IMG/VR virus record: IMGVR_UViG_3300037419_000748
Location: 1 to 43,984 of that record
Source: a virus
Taxonomy: Duplodnaviria; Caudoviricetes
DNA: 43,984 nucleotides
Reading direction: 5' to 3' (one strand)
This document shows positions 1-8,471 of this stretch, in pieces; position 1 is the stretch's first letter; every line of letters begins with the position of its first letter. A model generated the notes under the pieces. That model did not search any database. It saw nothing but the letters and a program-made list of their open reading frames with translations, and was not told where the DNA came from. The position numbers and the translations under genes are program-made.

Positions 1-2
1 GG

Positions 3-1430
3 CTCACGCTGGCTGGCACCAATACCGGCGATGAAACTACGACAACCATCGGCGCCCTGATCAACGGCGCCACTGCCAAGACGACGCCGGTCGACGCCGA
101 TTACGTCGGCCTGATGGACAGCGCGGCCAGCAACATCCTGAAGAAACTCAGCTGGGCGAATATAAAGGCCACGCTGAAAACGTATTTCGATACATTGTAT
201 GCAGTCTTCGGCGAGGCCGTCAATGCGCAGACCGGGACGACTTACACCTACGTGAACGGCGACGGCGGCAAGCTGGTTACACATACGAACGCGTCATCGA
301 TTGCTGGCACTTTGCCGCAGGCGGGAAGCGGCGGAAACTTTGCGGCGAACTGGTGGATGGACGTCCAGAACCGCGGCGCCGGGACGCTGACCATCACGCC
401 GACCACCTCCACTATTGACGGCGCGGCCACGCTGACATTTACGACCGGGCAGGGTGCGCGCATTGTCAGCGACGGAACGAACTACTTTACGCAGCGCGGC
501 GGGGCAGGTTCTTCTGGCGGGGGCGGCACGCCAGGCGGCTCGACTACCCAAGTGCAGTTCAACGACAGTGGTGCATTCGGCGGCTCTTCGACCTTCACAT
601 GGGATAAGACCAACAACATTCTGTACCTCGGGTCTTCCACCACCGCCGCATCGATCGCCGTGCCGAGCGTGGGTTCTGGTAGCAATCTTACAGGACGAGC
701 ACTATCGGTCACCGCAGGCACTGGAGATGGGTTCCAAACTGGCGGAGCCCTGTCGCTAACTGGCGGTACCGGTGGCGACAATGGCAATGGTGGTGCGATC
801 ACTATCACTGGCGGGGCGACCGGGGCTTCGTCCAACTCCATCGGTGGGGCTGTTACCATCACAGGCGGGTCGTCCTCGTCTTCCACGGTGCGAGGCGGTG
901 ACGTTAGCCTCCTGGGCGGGGTAGGCAAAGGCGCGAATCGCGGCGGGAATGCAACCCTTCAGGCGGGTGACACCGGGAGTGGTACGGGCGGTAACGTTAC
1001 GATTCAAGCGGGTACGTCAACGTCCGGCTTTGCTGGGGCCGTTACGATCACGGCTGGTGGAACCAGTGCGACTAGCGTTGCCGGCGGCGCCGTGAACATC
1101 AACGGAGGTGCTCCCACCAATGGCAAGGGCGGCTCCGTCAACCTTACCGCCGCGGCTGGCGTGGGCACCAATAAGGATGGTGGCGACATCATCCTGACGC
1201 CGGGAGCCAAGACTGGCACTGGCACTCCAGGTAATGTCGTGTTGAATGGCGGCGGGGCCGCGCTATCCACCTCGGCGACGGGCGGCTTTACCTGCATCCC
1301 AACTTGCGCCGGCACTCCAACGGGAACCCCTGCCGGGATCCCGACTGGTACTGCTGCTATGGTCTACGACACCACGAATAACAAGCTCTGGGTCTATAAC
1401 GGAGCTTGGAAAGGCGTCACGCTCGCCTAA
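3..1430 (+). CDS. Tail fibre / receptor-binding protein, 5'-truncated by window edge
   Basis: Frame open from base 3 (LTLAGTNTGDETTTTIG...KTTPVDAD...KKLSWANIKATL); PGGSTTQVQFND linker; ~10 GGxVxIxGG repeats; C-terminal MVYDTTNNKLWVYNGAWK; lies just before lysis genes. Confidence 0.8.
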   Translation, partial: LTLAGTNTGDETTTTIGALINGATAKTTPVDADYVGLMDSAASNILKKLSWANIKATLKTYFDTLYAVFGEAVNAQTGTTYTYVNGDGGKLVTHTNASSIAGTLPQAGSGGNFAANWWMDVQNRGAGTLTITPTTSTIDGAATLTFTTGQGARIVSDGTNYFTQRGGAGSSGGGGTPGGSTTQVQFNDSGAFGGSSTFTWDKTNNILYLGSSTTAASIAVPSVGSGSNLTGRALSVTAGTGDGFQTGGALSLTGGTGGDNGNGGAITITGGATGASSNSIGGAVTITGGSSSSSTVRGGDVSLLGGVGKGANRGGNATLQAGDTGSGTGGNVTIQAGTSTSGFAGAVTITAGGTSATSVAGGAVNINGGAPTNGKGGSVNLTAAAGVGTNKDGGDIILTPGAKTGTGTPGNVVLNGGGAALSTSATGGFTCIPTCAGTPTGTPAGIPTGTAAMVYDTTNNKLWVYNGAWKGVTLA

Positions 1431-1493
1431 CCCCGGCCTTAACCGTCGCATCTACCGAGCCGGCGCAGACTGGCAAACGCTTCCCCTCAACCC

Positions 1494-1516
1494 GCCCGCA
1501 CATGCGGGCTTTTTTA
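1494..1516 (+). terminator. Rho-independent terminator
   Basis: GCCCGC-ACAT-GCGGGC followed by T7. Confidence 0.75.
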
Positions 1517-1526
1517 CGGGCTCACC

Positions 1527-1787
1527 GTGACTGATATCAACCACTCCGAGGCGCTGTCTCAGGCCCGCATCGACATCGCCCGGCTCGAAGTTCAAGTCGC
1601 TCATCTCTCCGCAAGTACAGCGCGCCTTGAAGAGAGCAATCAGCAACTGACCGAAAAATTGGATCAGGTGCTGCTCACTCTTTCCGAAGCTCGGGGCGGG
1701 TGGAAAACGCTGATGGTCATTGGCGGCGCGGCTTCGGCTGTCGGCGGCCTCGTGACGTGGCTGGTGCAGCACTTGTTCAAGGGGTAG
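1527..1787 (+). CDS. Holin/antiholin-like protein (coiled coil plus C-terminal TM, XhlA-like architecture)
   Basis: GTG start; heptad N-terminus; hydrophobic LMVIGGAASAVGGLVTWLV; first lysis-cassette gene. Confidence 0.6.
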   Translation: MTDINHSEALSQARIDIARLEVQVAHLSASTARLEESNQQLTEKLDQVLLTLSEARGGWKTLMVIGGAASAVGGLVTWLVQHLFKG

Positions 1788-1790
1788 GGC

Positions 1791-2021
1791 ATGAACATTT
1801 CTCTCGTCGAGGACTGGCAGACCATCCTGCGCAAAGCATGGTCGGTCAAATTCAACATCGCCGCAGTGATCTTCGGCGCGGCCGAACTGGTCGTGCAACT
1901 GGTGCAGCCGGAATCCATCCGGCCCGGGGTGTTCGCCGGCATAGCAGCGTGCGTCTCGATCGCAGCAACTGGCGCGCGGGTGCTGGCGCAGACGGAGCTC
2001 TCGAATGGCACTGGAAAATAG
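1791..2021 (+). CDS. Holin
   Basis: 76 aa, LVEDW..ILRKAWSV motif, two TM segments, directly upstream of endolysin. Confidence 0.75.
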   Translation: MNISLVEDWQTILRKAWSVKFNIAAVIFGAAELVVQLVQPESIRPGVFAGIAACVSIAATGARVLAQTELSNGTGK

Positions 2022-2493
2022 ACCCGGCAGGCGCGGCCTGGCTGCGTTCGTCGGCGCCGCTGCTGCTGCCGGCCTGCTGCTGTTCACGCCAGCGCAGGAA
2101 GGGACGAAGCTCACCACCTACCGCGACATGGGTGGCGTCCTGACCTACTGCACCGGCGCGACTGAGAACGCGCAATGGGGAAGGACGTACACGCCTGCCG
2201 AGTGCGCCGCTCAGTTGGACCGCGACCTTGAACGGCACGCGGCCGGCATCGCCAAGTGCATCCCGCTCGAGCGCCTGACCGACAGCCAGAAGATCGCCTT
2301 CGTGGACGCGGCGTACAACATCGGCGTCGCCAACTTCTGCTCGAGCAGCATGGCGCGCAAGACGAACATCGGCGACATGGTCGGCGCCTGTAACGCGCTG
2401 CTGCTGTGGAACCGGGTCGGCGGCCGGGAGGTGCTGGGGCTGACGAAGCGTCGACAGCGGGAGCGGGAACTTTGCATGAAGGGGCTGAGATGA
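2005..2493 (+). CDS. GH24 lysozyme, probable SAR endolysin
   Basis: EG....YRDMGGVLTYCTG (E-8-D-5-T triad), YNIG, GLTKRRQRERELC; Ala/Gly-rich N-terminal hydrophobic segment. Confidence 0.93.
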   Translation: MALENRPGRRGLAAFVGAAAAAGLLLFTPAQEGTKLTTYRDMGGVLTYCTGATENAQWGRTYTPAECAAQLDRDLERHAAGIAKCIPLERLTDSQKIAFVDAAYNIGVANFCSSSMARKTNIGDMVGACNALLLWNRVGGREVLGLTKRRQRERELCMKGLR

Positions 2494-2603
2494 GCACCGA
2501 ATCGTCATTTTTCCTTGGGATGGCCATCGGCGCCATCGTGGCCGGGGTTGTGGTCGTCTACGCGGTAGCGACATGCCTGCCTGATGGATGGGCGCGTCGA
2601 TGA
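2490..2603 (+). CDS. Small membrane peptide (37 aa)
   Basis: MSTESSFFLGMAIGAIVAGVVVVYAVATC...; ATGA overlaps with both neighbours. Confidence 0.55.
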   Translation: MSTESSFFLGMAIGAIVAGVVVVYAVATCLPDGWARR

Positions 2604-3112
2604 TCGCCGCCTTACTCCTGCGGCTGGCGCCGTACAAGCTCGCGTTCGAGATCTTGGTATTCGGCGCGCTGGCCGCCGGCGTGGTGTATGGGGCGCACCA
2701 GGTTCTCGAGCATGAGCGCGAGATCGGCCGCCAGGAAGTCCGCGCCGAATGGGATCAGCAAATCGCCAAGGACAAGGAGGCCGCGCGTGCGCAGACCGAC
2801 GACTGGCGTGCTCAGCGCGATACCGCCGCAACCGAGGGAGCTAAACGTGAAGAAACTATCCGCAGCCTGGCTGCTACCTCTGCCGCTGCTGCTGGCAGCC
2901 TGCGCGACGCCGTCGCCAAGATCAACGGCGCAGTGCCCAACTATTCCGCCGATACCCTACGTGCGCTCTCCAGCACCTACGGGCAGCTTCTTGAGGAGTG
3001 CGCAGGACGACGTCGAGAGTTGGCGGAGGAAACTGAGCGCATCAACTCAGAGAAACGAACCCTGATCGAAGCGTGGCCCAAGAACCCGCCGGGTGACTCG
3101 CCCCAGAAATAG
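2600..3112 (+). CDS. Rz-like inner-membrane spanin
   Basis: N-terminal TM followed by long helical/coiled-coil region; follows endolysin. Confidence 0.8.
   Translation: MIAALLLRLAPYKLAFEILVFGALAAGVVYGAHQVLEHEREIGRQEVRAEWDQQIAKDKEAARAQTDDWRAQRDTAATEGAKREETIRSLAATSAAAAGSLRDAVAKINGAVPNYSADTLRALSSTYGQLLEECAGRRRELAEETERINSEKRTLIEAWPKNPPGDSPQK
2847..3065 (+). CDS. Rz1-like outer-membrane spanin lipoprotein embedded in Rz in another frame
   Basis: GAGGGAG RBS, GTG start, MKKLSAAWLLPLPLLLAA-C lipobox, Pro-rich mature part. Confidence 0.85.
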   Translation: MKKLSAAWLLPLPLLLAACATPSPRSTAQCPTIPPIPYVRSPAPTGSFLRSAQDDVESWRRKLSASTQRNEP

Positions 3113-3114
3113 CC

Positions 3115-3285
3115 ATGGACGAGCTTCTACAGAAGATGCGCGCCTTCGCCTCCGAGCCGGGCGCGCTCTTTTACGTCGTCAAGACTGCAACTCGCGGCGC
3201 CGTGCCCGTTTGGGCCGACGATATCCGCGCAACAGCCACCGATGCGGAATTGCTCGCGCTTGTACAGGCACGCATCAACTCGTGA
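3115..3285 (+). CDS. Hypothetical protein (56 aa)
   Basis: MDELLQKMRAFASEPG...; fills the gap between Rz and the next gene. Confidence 0.55.
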   Translation: MDELLQKMRAFASEPGALFYVVKTATRGAVPVWADDIRATATDAELLALVQARINS

Positions 3286-3292
3286 GGAAAGC

Positions 3293-4489
3293 ATGTCCGA
3301 AGCACGCAAGTACGACCCGCAGCTGCGTCAATTCGCCACGCCGCAGCAGGCACGATACCTCGACGCCGTGATTGAGCACGGTGGCATCCGGCCAGCATCG
3401 CGTGCGCTGGGTGTGAGCAAGGGCACGATTTGCTCCGCCCTTGACCGCATCGACAGAGCCGCCGCGCGTCAGGGATACTCGCCGGCGCACGACATGGCAC
3501 ACGTTGTGCCTGATGGGTTCTTCGTGAAAGGCGTGTCGACGTATTACGACAAGGAGGGCAAGCCATCGGGGCAGTGGGTCAAGTCGGCGATCGACCAGGA
3601 GCGCCAGCGCGAGATCATGCGGGCCGCCGTAGCCGCCATGGTCGAGGAACTCCCGCGCGCAGAACCGATGAAGGCGCCGGCGCTGACCGATGCGAAGCTG
3701 GCCAGCGTCTATACCCTGACCGATAGCCACGTCGGCGCCATGTGTTGGCACCGCGAGAACCTGGACCCGAACGGTGATTGGGATCTATCGATCGCCGAGC
3801 GAACTCTGGTCGGCTGCTTCGAGCACATGGTCAATGCAAGTCCGGCAGCCCGGGTAGGAATTGTTGCCCAACTAGGGGATTTTCTGCACTCAGACGGCAT
3901 GGGTCTGATTGAAGGCAGAACGCCCACCTCCGGTCACATTTTGGACCAAGACGGCCGCTTCTCGAAGGTCGTGCAGACTGCAATCCGGATCCTGCGCCGC
4001 GTGGTCGGCTTCGCGCTGCTGAAGCATGAGCGTGTCGTCGTGCTCATGGCAGAGGGAAACCACGACCTGGCCAGCTCTGTTTGGTTGCGCGCGATGTTCA
4101 AGGCGCTGTACGAGAACGAGCCACGGGTCGAAGTCATCGATTCGGAGCTTCCGTATTATGTCTATCAGCACGGCAAGACCATGTTAGCGTGGCATCACGG
4201 CCATCTGAGAAAGAACGACCAACTTCCGCTATTGTTTGCCGCGCAGTTCCCGAAGGTGTGGGGCGATACGACGCGCAGATATGCTCACACGGGCCACCGC
4301 CACCATTTCGAGGAGAAAGAGCATTCCGGTATGTCTGTCGTGCAGCACTCGACTTTGGCGACTCGCGATGCCTACGCGGCACGCGGCGGCTGGATGAGCG
4401 ATCGGCAATGCACGGCTATCACTTACCATACGGACTTTGGTCAGGTCTGCCGAAACACGGTCACTCCGGAGATGCTGCAAGTGCCGTGA
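3293..4489 (+). CDS. N-terminal HTH plus calcineurin-like metallophosphoesterase
   Basis: HTH (GIRPASRALGVSKGTI); motifs DSH, GDFLHSD, GNHD, HGH, GHRH; RBS GAGGA. Confidence 0.85.
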   Translation: MSEARKYDPQLRQFATPQQARYLDAVIEHGGIRPASRALGVSKGTICSALDRIDRAAARQGYSPAHDMAHVVPDGFFVKGVSTYYDKEGKPSGQWVKSAIDQERQREIMRAAVAAMVEELPRAEPMKAPALTDAKLASVYTLTDSHVGAMCWHRENLDPNGDWDLSIAERTLVGCFEHMVNASPAARVGIVAQLGDFLHSDGMGLIEGRTPTSGHILDQDGRFSKVVQTAIRILRRVVGFALLKHERVVVLMAEGNHDLASSVWLRAMFKALYENEPRVEVIDSELPYYVYQHGKTMLAWHHGHLRKNDQLPLLFAAQFPKVWGDTTRRYAHTGHRHHFEEKEHSGMSVVQHSTLATRDAYAARGGWMSDRQCTAITYHTDFGQVCRNTVTPEMLQVP

Positions 4490-4658
4490 TATCGATCCGG
4501 CGCCGGGCCATCGGCAGGGCCAATACGCGGGCTGCGACGTCGGCCGGCACACCGTTGGCCGCAAGCGTGCATGACGCCTCCAGCCACCCTATGAATGGTA
4601 GGAGGATGAGGATGGCGTCGATCCTGGCGGCCGTGATGAGGTCAATACGTTCGATCAT
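4461..4658 (-). CDS. Hypothetical protein (65 aa)
   Basis: Fills gap; divergent from the LexA-box gene; overlaps the 3' end of the upstream gene. Confidence 0.45.
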   Translation of the reverse strand: MIERIDLITAARIDAILILLPFIGWLEASCTLAANGVPADVAARVLALPMARRRIDITALAASPE

Positions 4659-4707
4659 GCCGGCATAATACGGACGCGCCGGCGCCTGACGTTGAGATCG
4701 CGCACGC

Positions 4708-4730
4708 TGCTATACTGTTTAAATGTACAG
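4708..4730 (+). promoter_or_regulatory. Extended -10 promoter overlapped by a LexA (SOS) box
   Basis: TGcTATACT (4708-4716) and CTGT-TTAAATGT-ACAG (4715-4730). Confidence 0.8.
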
Positions 4731-5016
4731 CATCGTCAAACGACTTCGACAGCGCGGCCGGCGCCTGGCAGACCGCGAGATATCCGCCAGCACCGGCGTT
4801 CGTGGTGAAATGGCGGTAGCGATTGTTGGGTTCCGGCCGCAAGCCAAGCTGTACGACCCAAACGACCAACAACGGAAACCGCTCATCCCTGAGCTTCAAA
4901 ACGCCCAGTTGATCACCATGACGATGACGGGCATGCTCTTTTACGGTACTGAGCAGGCCGACGACGGCGCCGAGTATGTGCAGGAATGGTCGGTGCGGCT
5001 GGTCGGCTCCGATTAG
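4723..5016 (+). CDS. SOS-regulated hypothetical protein (97 aa), probably leaderless
   Basis: ATG sits inside the LexA box 7 nt after the -10; no SD. Confidence 0.75.
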   Translation: MYSIVKRLRQRGRRLADREISASTGVRGEMAVAIVGFRPQAKLYDPNDQQRKPLIPELQNAQLITMTMTGMLFYGTEQADDGAEYVQEWSVRLVGSD

Positions 5017-6269
5017 GCGGCCCTGGGCGACCCCTTCAGCGGGACGACGTTCCAGGGCAGACCCTTCTCGCACGCGACGAGGAACGATGCCCATAGCTCG
5101 AGCGCCTGGCGCCGCTCCGGGATTTCGTCGCGCACGTCGTAGACAGCCTCCATTCCCTTGAGGGTGTGGTTCAGCGCGATCTCTGAAATTTCCCGCGATA
5201 CGCCGAGGTTGCGCATGTGGCCCTTCGCGGTACTGCGGGTGTCGTGCGGGGTGAATTTCCGTGTCTGCAAAGCGCCGCGCTCGAACGCGCGATACAGGGC
5301 GGCCGATAGGGTCGACCTTCCCACATGCTGGCCAGCGCGGCGATCATCCCTGGCTGGCAACACCCACGGCGAGCCGCCGGCGAGCCGCTCCAGTTCCTTG
5401 AACCATCCAGCAACGGTCGGGGTGATCGGGACCAGAAAGCCGACCCGGGTCTTTACGGACTCGTCGGGCACGAACCAGGTGCCGCGGTCGAAGTCGATAT
5501 GTTCCCACCGCGCCTTGACGAGTTCAATGGTACGGACGCAGGTCGCCAGCATGATTTTCAGTGCCAGCCCATTCTCGTCGCCGATATCGCCGACGGACGA
5601 GAGTAACTTGCGCAGCTCGTCTTCCTGGAGCATGACGCGCTTGCGTATGGGTGGGCGCGGTCCCATCAGGGCTGCCAATTTGATCCCCGACGTTGGGCTG
5701 ATCTTGATCAACTGCCGGCCAATGGCGTGCTCGAACAATTGCGTGGTCGTGCTCAAGATCCGTTTCTGCATGACCCAGCCGCGGCCGGATCGCTCGAGCA
5801 TGCTGACGATATCCTCGGCGATGACCGACTGAACATCGAGAGGCCCGAGCTTCGGCAGGATCACTTTTTCCAGATCCCACTTCTTTGCCTTGACGGTCCC
5901 GGGTGCTAGCTCGCCGGCGTCAAGCACCTTTGCAGTCAAATCATCGGCCAGCCGGCGCACGGTCCAGGCTCCGCGCAACTTCAGGCGCTCTGCGCGCTTT
6001 TCGGCCGCTGGATCCTGTCCTTTGTCGACCGCGACGCGGTGTTCGCTTGCCATCTTGCGCGCCGCCGCCAGACTGATATCGGGGTAATTCCCGATGGTCA
6101 ACTCCCGCGCGCGACCTTCGCGCATGTACCGCAGTATCCATGAGGCAGTCCCGGCTTTGGACAGAGTGAACGTCAGGCCGCCGCCATCGGACTTTGCGAC
6201 TGGTTCGCCGGCCGCTATCCACCGGCGGATCTGGATGTCACTGAGCAGGTTTGTTCCGCGCTTCGCCAT
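5013..6269 (-). CDS. int: Tyrosine integrase with N-terminal arm-binding domain (P4-like)
   Basis: SDGGGL...W..RY...GRARELTIGNYPDISLAAAR; catalytic R (CVRTIEL), K, HDTR, LNH, Y. Confidence 0.96.
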   Translation of the reverse strand: MAKRGTNLLSDIQIRRWIAAGEPVAKSDGGGLTFTLSKAGTASWILRYMREGRARELTIGNYPDISLAAARKMASEHRVAVDKGQDPAAEKRAERLKLRGAWTVRRLADDLTAKVLDAGELAPGTVKAKKWDLEKVILPKLGPLDVQSVIAEDIVSMLERSGRGWVMQKRILSTTTQLFEHAIGRQLIKISPTSGIKLAALMGPRPPIRKRVMLQEDELRKLLSSVGDIGDENGLALKIMLATCVRTIELVKARWEHIDFDRGTWFVPDESVKTRVGFLVPITPTVAGWFKELERLAGGSPWVLPARDDRRAGQHVGRSTLSAALYRAFERGALQTRKFTPHDTRSTAKGHMRNLGVSREISEIALNHTLKGMEAVYDVRDEIPERRQALELWASFLVACEKGLPWNVVPLKGSPRAA

Positions 6270-6283
6270 CGCTCCACCTCAAA

Positions 6284-6577
6284 TTTGTAGTTAGACGCGG
6301 TCGGCGTAGCTAGCTACAAATCTAGCTACAAATTGCGGCCGCGCCAATGACGTCCAATAAGATACGAAAGATACATTAAATTGGCGTGCCATAGGGGGGA
6401 ACTGCTGGATGACGTACTCAGAAGAAATTATAAGAGTGACCAATGATGATTGAAAGTGGCGATCTTCATTTTTATCCTAAAACTCACTATCCATGCGGGT
6501 TTTAAGGGGTCTGCCTCATCCGAAAACTGCGCTAGCTACAAATCTGGCTACAAATTGCGGATGAGTCAGAAAGATAC
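6284..6577. other. attP region with integrase arm-type sites
   Basis: Non-coding AT-richer gap between int and xis; tandem TAGCTACAAA units on both sides; inverted unit at 6284-6293. Confidence 0.75.
6309..6560 (+). repeat. 30-bp direct repeat pair (6309-6338, 6531-6560), 1 mismatch
   Basis: GCTAGCTACAAATCT(A/G)GCTACAAATTGCGG. Confidence 0.9.
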
Positions 6578-6599
6578 AACAATGCGCAATAATAGCCGA

Positions 6600-6779
6600 T
6601 CAGCTTTTCACCTTGCCGGCGGCAATCGCGCGCTCGATGCTCTCGGCCGTGATCCGCGTGGCGCGCTGGCCGATCCGCACCAGTTCCAGTTCGCCGCGGG
6701 CGGCCATGCGGTAGATCGTCGCACGGCAGACGTCCAGGCGCTTCATTGCGGTGCTGACTCGATAAAGCAGTTGTTCCAT
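6600..6779 (-). CDS. xis: Excisionase / AlpA-like HTH recombination directionality factor
   Basis: MEQLLYRVSTAMKRLDVCRATIYRMAARGEL..VRIG..ATRI; adjacent to attP. Confidence 0.85.
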   Translation of the reverse strand: MEQLLYRVSTAMKRLDVCRATIYRMAARGELELVRIGQRATRITAESIERAIAAGKVKS

Positions 6780-6813
6780 ATTCGTACTCCCTACAGTTTG
6801 ATGGCCGTAGCCA

Positions 6814-7020
6814 TTATTCCATTCCGCCGTCCAGATACCGCCTGCGCTCCTTCGGCGGCATTGCCTCGCCAACGCCTGGTCGAACCAGCCCCGGCACCAT
6901 CTGCGCAGGACCAACCCTGCGTTCGTAATTCGGGCGTCGTCTGTCGTTGACCGGGCTGCTGAAGTGCGACGACACACCTCGTCGCCGGTCTGGCCCGCGT
7001 TCCTTCATCGTTTCCTGCAT
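6814..7020 (-). CDS. Small Arg-rich protein with four [D/E]RR motifs
   Basis: GPDRRR, NDRRR, YERR, KERRR; GGAG upstream. Confidence 0.6.
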   Translation of the reverse strand: MQETMKERGPDRRRGVSSHFSSPVNDRRRPNYERRVGPAQMVPGLVRPGVGEAMPPKERRRYLDGGME

Positions 7021-7071
7021 GTACTATCTCCGATCTTGAAAATCACATCTCCCACATCAGCCGCCACACGG

Positions 7072-7518
7072 TCACGACCCACATGACGGGCTCCGGGCGT
7101 TGTGCGCTTCGGCTTCGTCGGATGCCGTTAGGGCTTGTTCGATCTGCGCGCTGACAGCGGCTGCGCGCGGCGTCATCTTTTTGCCAGTGCTAATGAACGT
7201 TTCGGCCAGCAGCAAGTTTGCACTGCGCAGCGCCTCGACCAGGGCCTGATAGTTTTGCTCGGTGTGATAGCGGCCCTTAGCCTTCACCAGCCTGCGCGCA
7301 GCCTCGATCACCGCATCCTTCTCCACCGTTCCCGCTGCGGGAGCTGCGCAGTTGTTCGAAGATTTCAATGCACTGTTTGTTTGGGCCGCGCGCAGCCGCT
7401 CGACTTCGGCCTCAAGTTCGGCAATGCGCTTGTCGCGCCGCTCGATGGTCTGGTTTGCATGTGCAAGCCCTTCACCAGCTATTGCCAAGAGAACGTTCTT
7501 CAGTGCGTCCACGCTCAT
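7072..7518 (-). CDS. Hypothetical phage protein
   Basis: ATGA-coupled to upstream gene; coiled coil IAELEAEVERLRA. Confidence 0.7.
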   Translation of the reverse strand: MSVDALKNVLLAIAGEGLAHANQTIERRDKRIAELEAEVERLRAAQTNSALKSSNNCAAPAAGTVEKDAVIEAARRLVKAKGRYHTEQNYQALVEALRSANLLLAETFISTGKKMTPRAAAVSAQIEQALTASDEAEAHNARSPSCGS

Positions 7519-7931
7519 GCTTTCTCCTTCTCGATAGCTGCGTCGACAAACACGTCCATCACGGCGTCCAGTCGCGCACCGTGCAAACTGTCAGTCCAGC
7601 AGAGAGCATCTTCAGGGTTGCAATTAAAGACCATCGGTGCACGCCCCAGTTGGCTGTTGGCCTTGTCGCGCAGCCAGCGATACCTATTCGCATCCGCCCG
7701 CAGCCGCTCGACCTCCGCGATCAGTTCAAGCACAGCAGCGGGGCAAGCAGCGGCGATGTAGGAGGCGTTGCAAATGGCCGTTTTGTAGTCAGTGTCAAGC
7801 TCAGCAGTATTGGCCAAATATATGATGTCGTTGTCATCCTCGCAGTACACAATATGAGGATCGTCTGTGCTCCATGGTCCAGGGGATGCCGCCAGTGCCA
7901 GCGCCTTCAGCTTGTCGATGTCTACGGTCAT
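7515..7931 (-). CDS. Ead/Ea22-like protein
   Basis: DIDKLKALALAASPGPW...NASYIAAACPAAVLELIAEVERLR...RYRWLR. Confidence 0.8.
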   Translation of the reverse strand: MTVDIDKLKALALAASPGPWSTDDPHIVYCEDDNDIIYLANTAELDTDYKTAICNASYIAAACPAAVLELIAEVERLRADANRYRWLRDKANSQLGRAPMVFNCNPEDALCWTDSLHGARLDAVMDVFVDAAIEKEKA

Positions 7932-8221
7932 TTCGTTCCTTTCGGTGCATGGTCCAGCGGATAGATGTATTTCGGGTCGGTGGCCCACATCGGATGCGAT
8001 GCCCTGGCATCCCCGGCGTCGATCTTTGCCTTGAGGCGCGCCGCCGCATCGCACAGCTTGTTGTAGGCGTCGACGGTGCCCATCTGCGTCTCCATACTGT
8101 GCACGACGTTCATCAGGCCGTACTCACATGGGCGCACGATGCGCTTTGGCGGCTCGCGGTGCGACGTTCCGGCTACTGGCAACTGATGCACTTCGCCCTT
8201 GCGCTCCTTTTCGATGTCCAT
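7928..8221 (-). CDS. Hypothetical protein
   Basis: MDIEKERKGEVHQLP...; AGGAGG RBS; overlapping coupling. Confidence 0.65.
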   Translation of the reverse strand: MDIEKERKGEVHQLPVAGTSHREPPKRIVRPCEYGLMNVVHSMETQMGTVDAYNKLCDAAARLKAKIDAGDARASHPMWATDPKYIYPLDHAPKGTK

Positions 8222-8222
8222 T

Positions 8223-8471
8223 TCATGCCTCCTTGGTGGCGACCGGCTCCATAAACTCGAAGAATGCGTCGGTGCAGGATAGGCAAAGCCACGCTTTGCC
8301 GAGCAGGTTGATGCCGCCCGCACTGCCGTCATACGCTCGGCCGCCCTTGTCGCCAGTCCACGAAAGTGAAAGCTGACCCCACTGATTCCCTGACATGTAG
8401 TCGGCTTCCTTGTGCTGTGCGCCGCAGCGGTCACAAGTGCAAATAGTGATGGTTTGCGTGACCTTACCCAT
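8223..8471 (-). CDS. Small Zn-binding-type protein
   Basis: CDRC...CLSC pairs. Confidence 0.65.
   Translation of the reverse strand: MGKVTQTITICTCDRCGAQHKEADYMSGNQWGQLSLSWTGDKGGRAYDGSAGGINLLGKAWLCLSCTDAFFEFMEPVATKEA

Noticed and set aside
1-1430. Diversity-generating retroelement or invertible tail-fibre system
   Set aside because: No reverse transcriptase, template repeat or invertase visible in the window
6309-6560. CRISPR-like repeats
   Set aside because: Only two copies ~190 bp apart, located between int and xis; no cas genes; better explained as arm sites
6450-6950. 166-aa plus-strand ORF over attP/xis
   Set aside because: TTG start, crosses arm repeats and is antisense to xis
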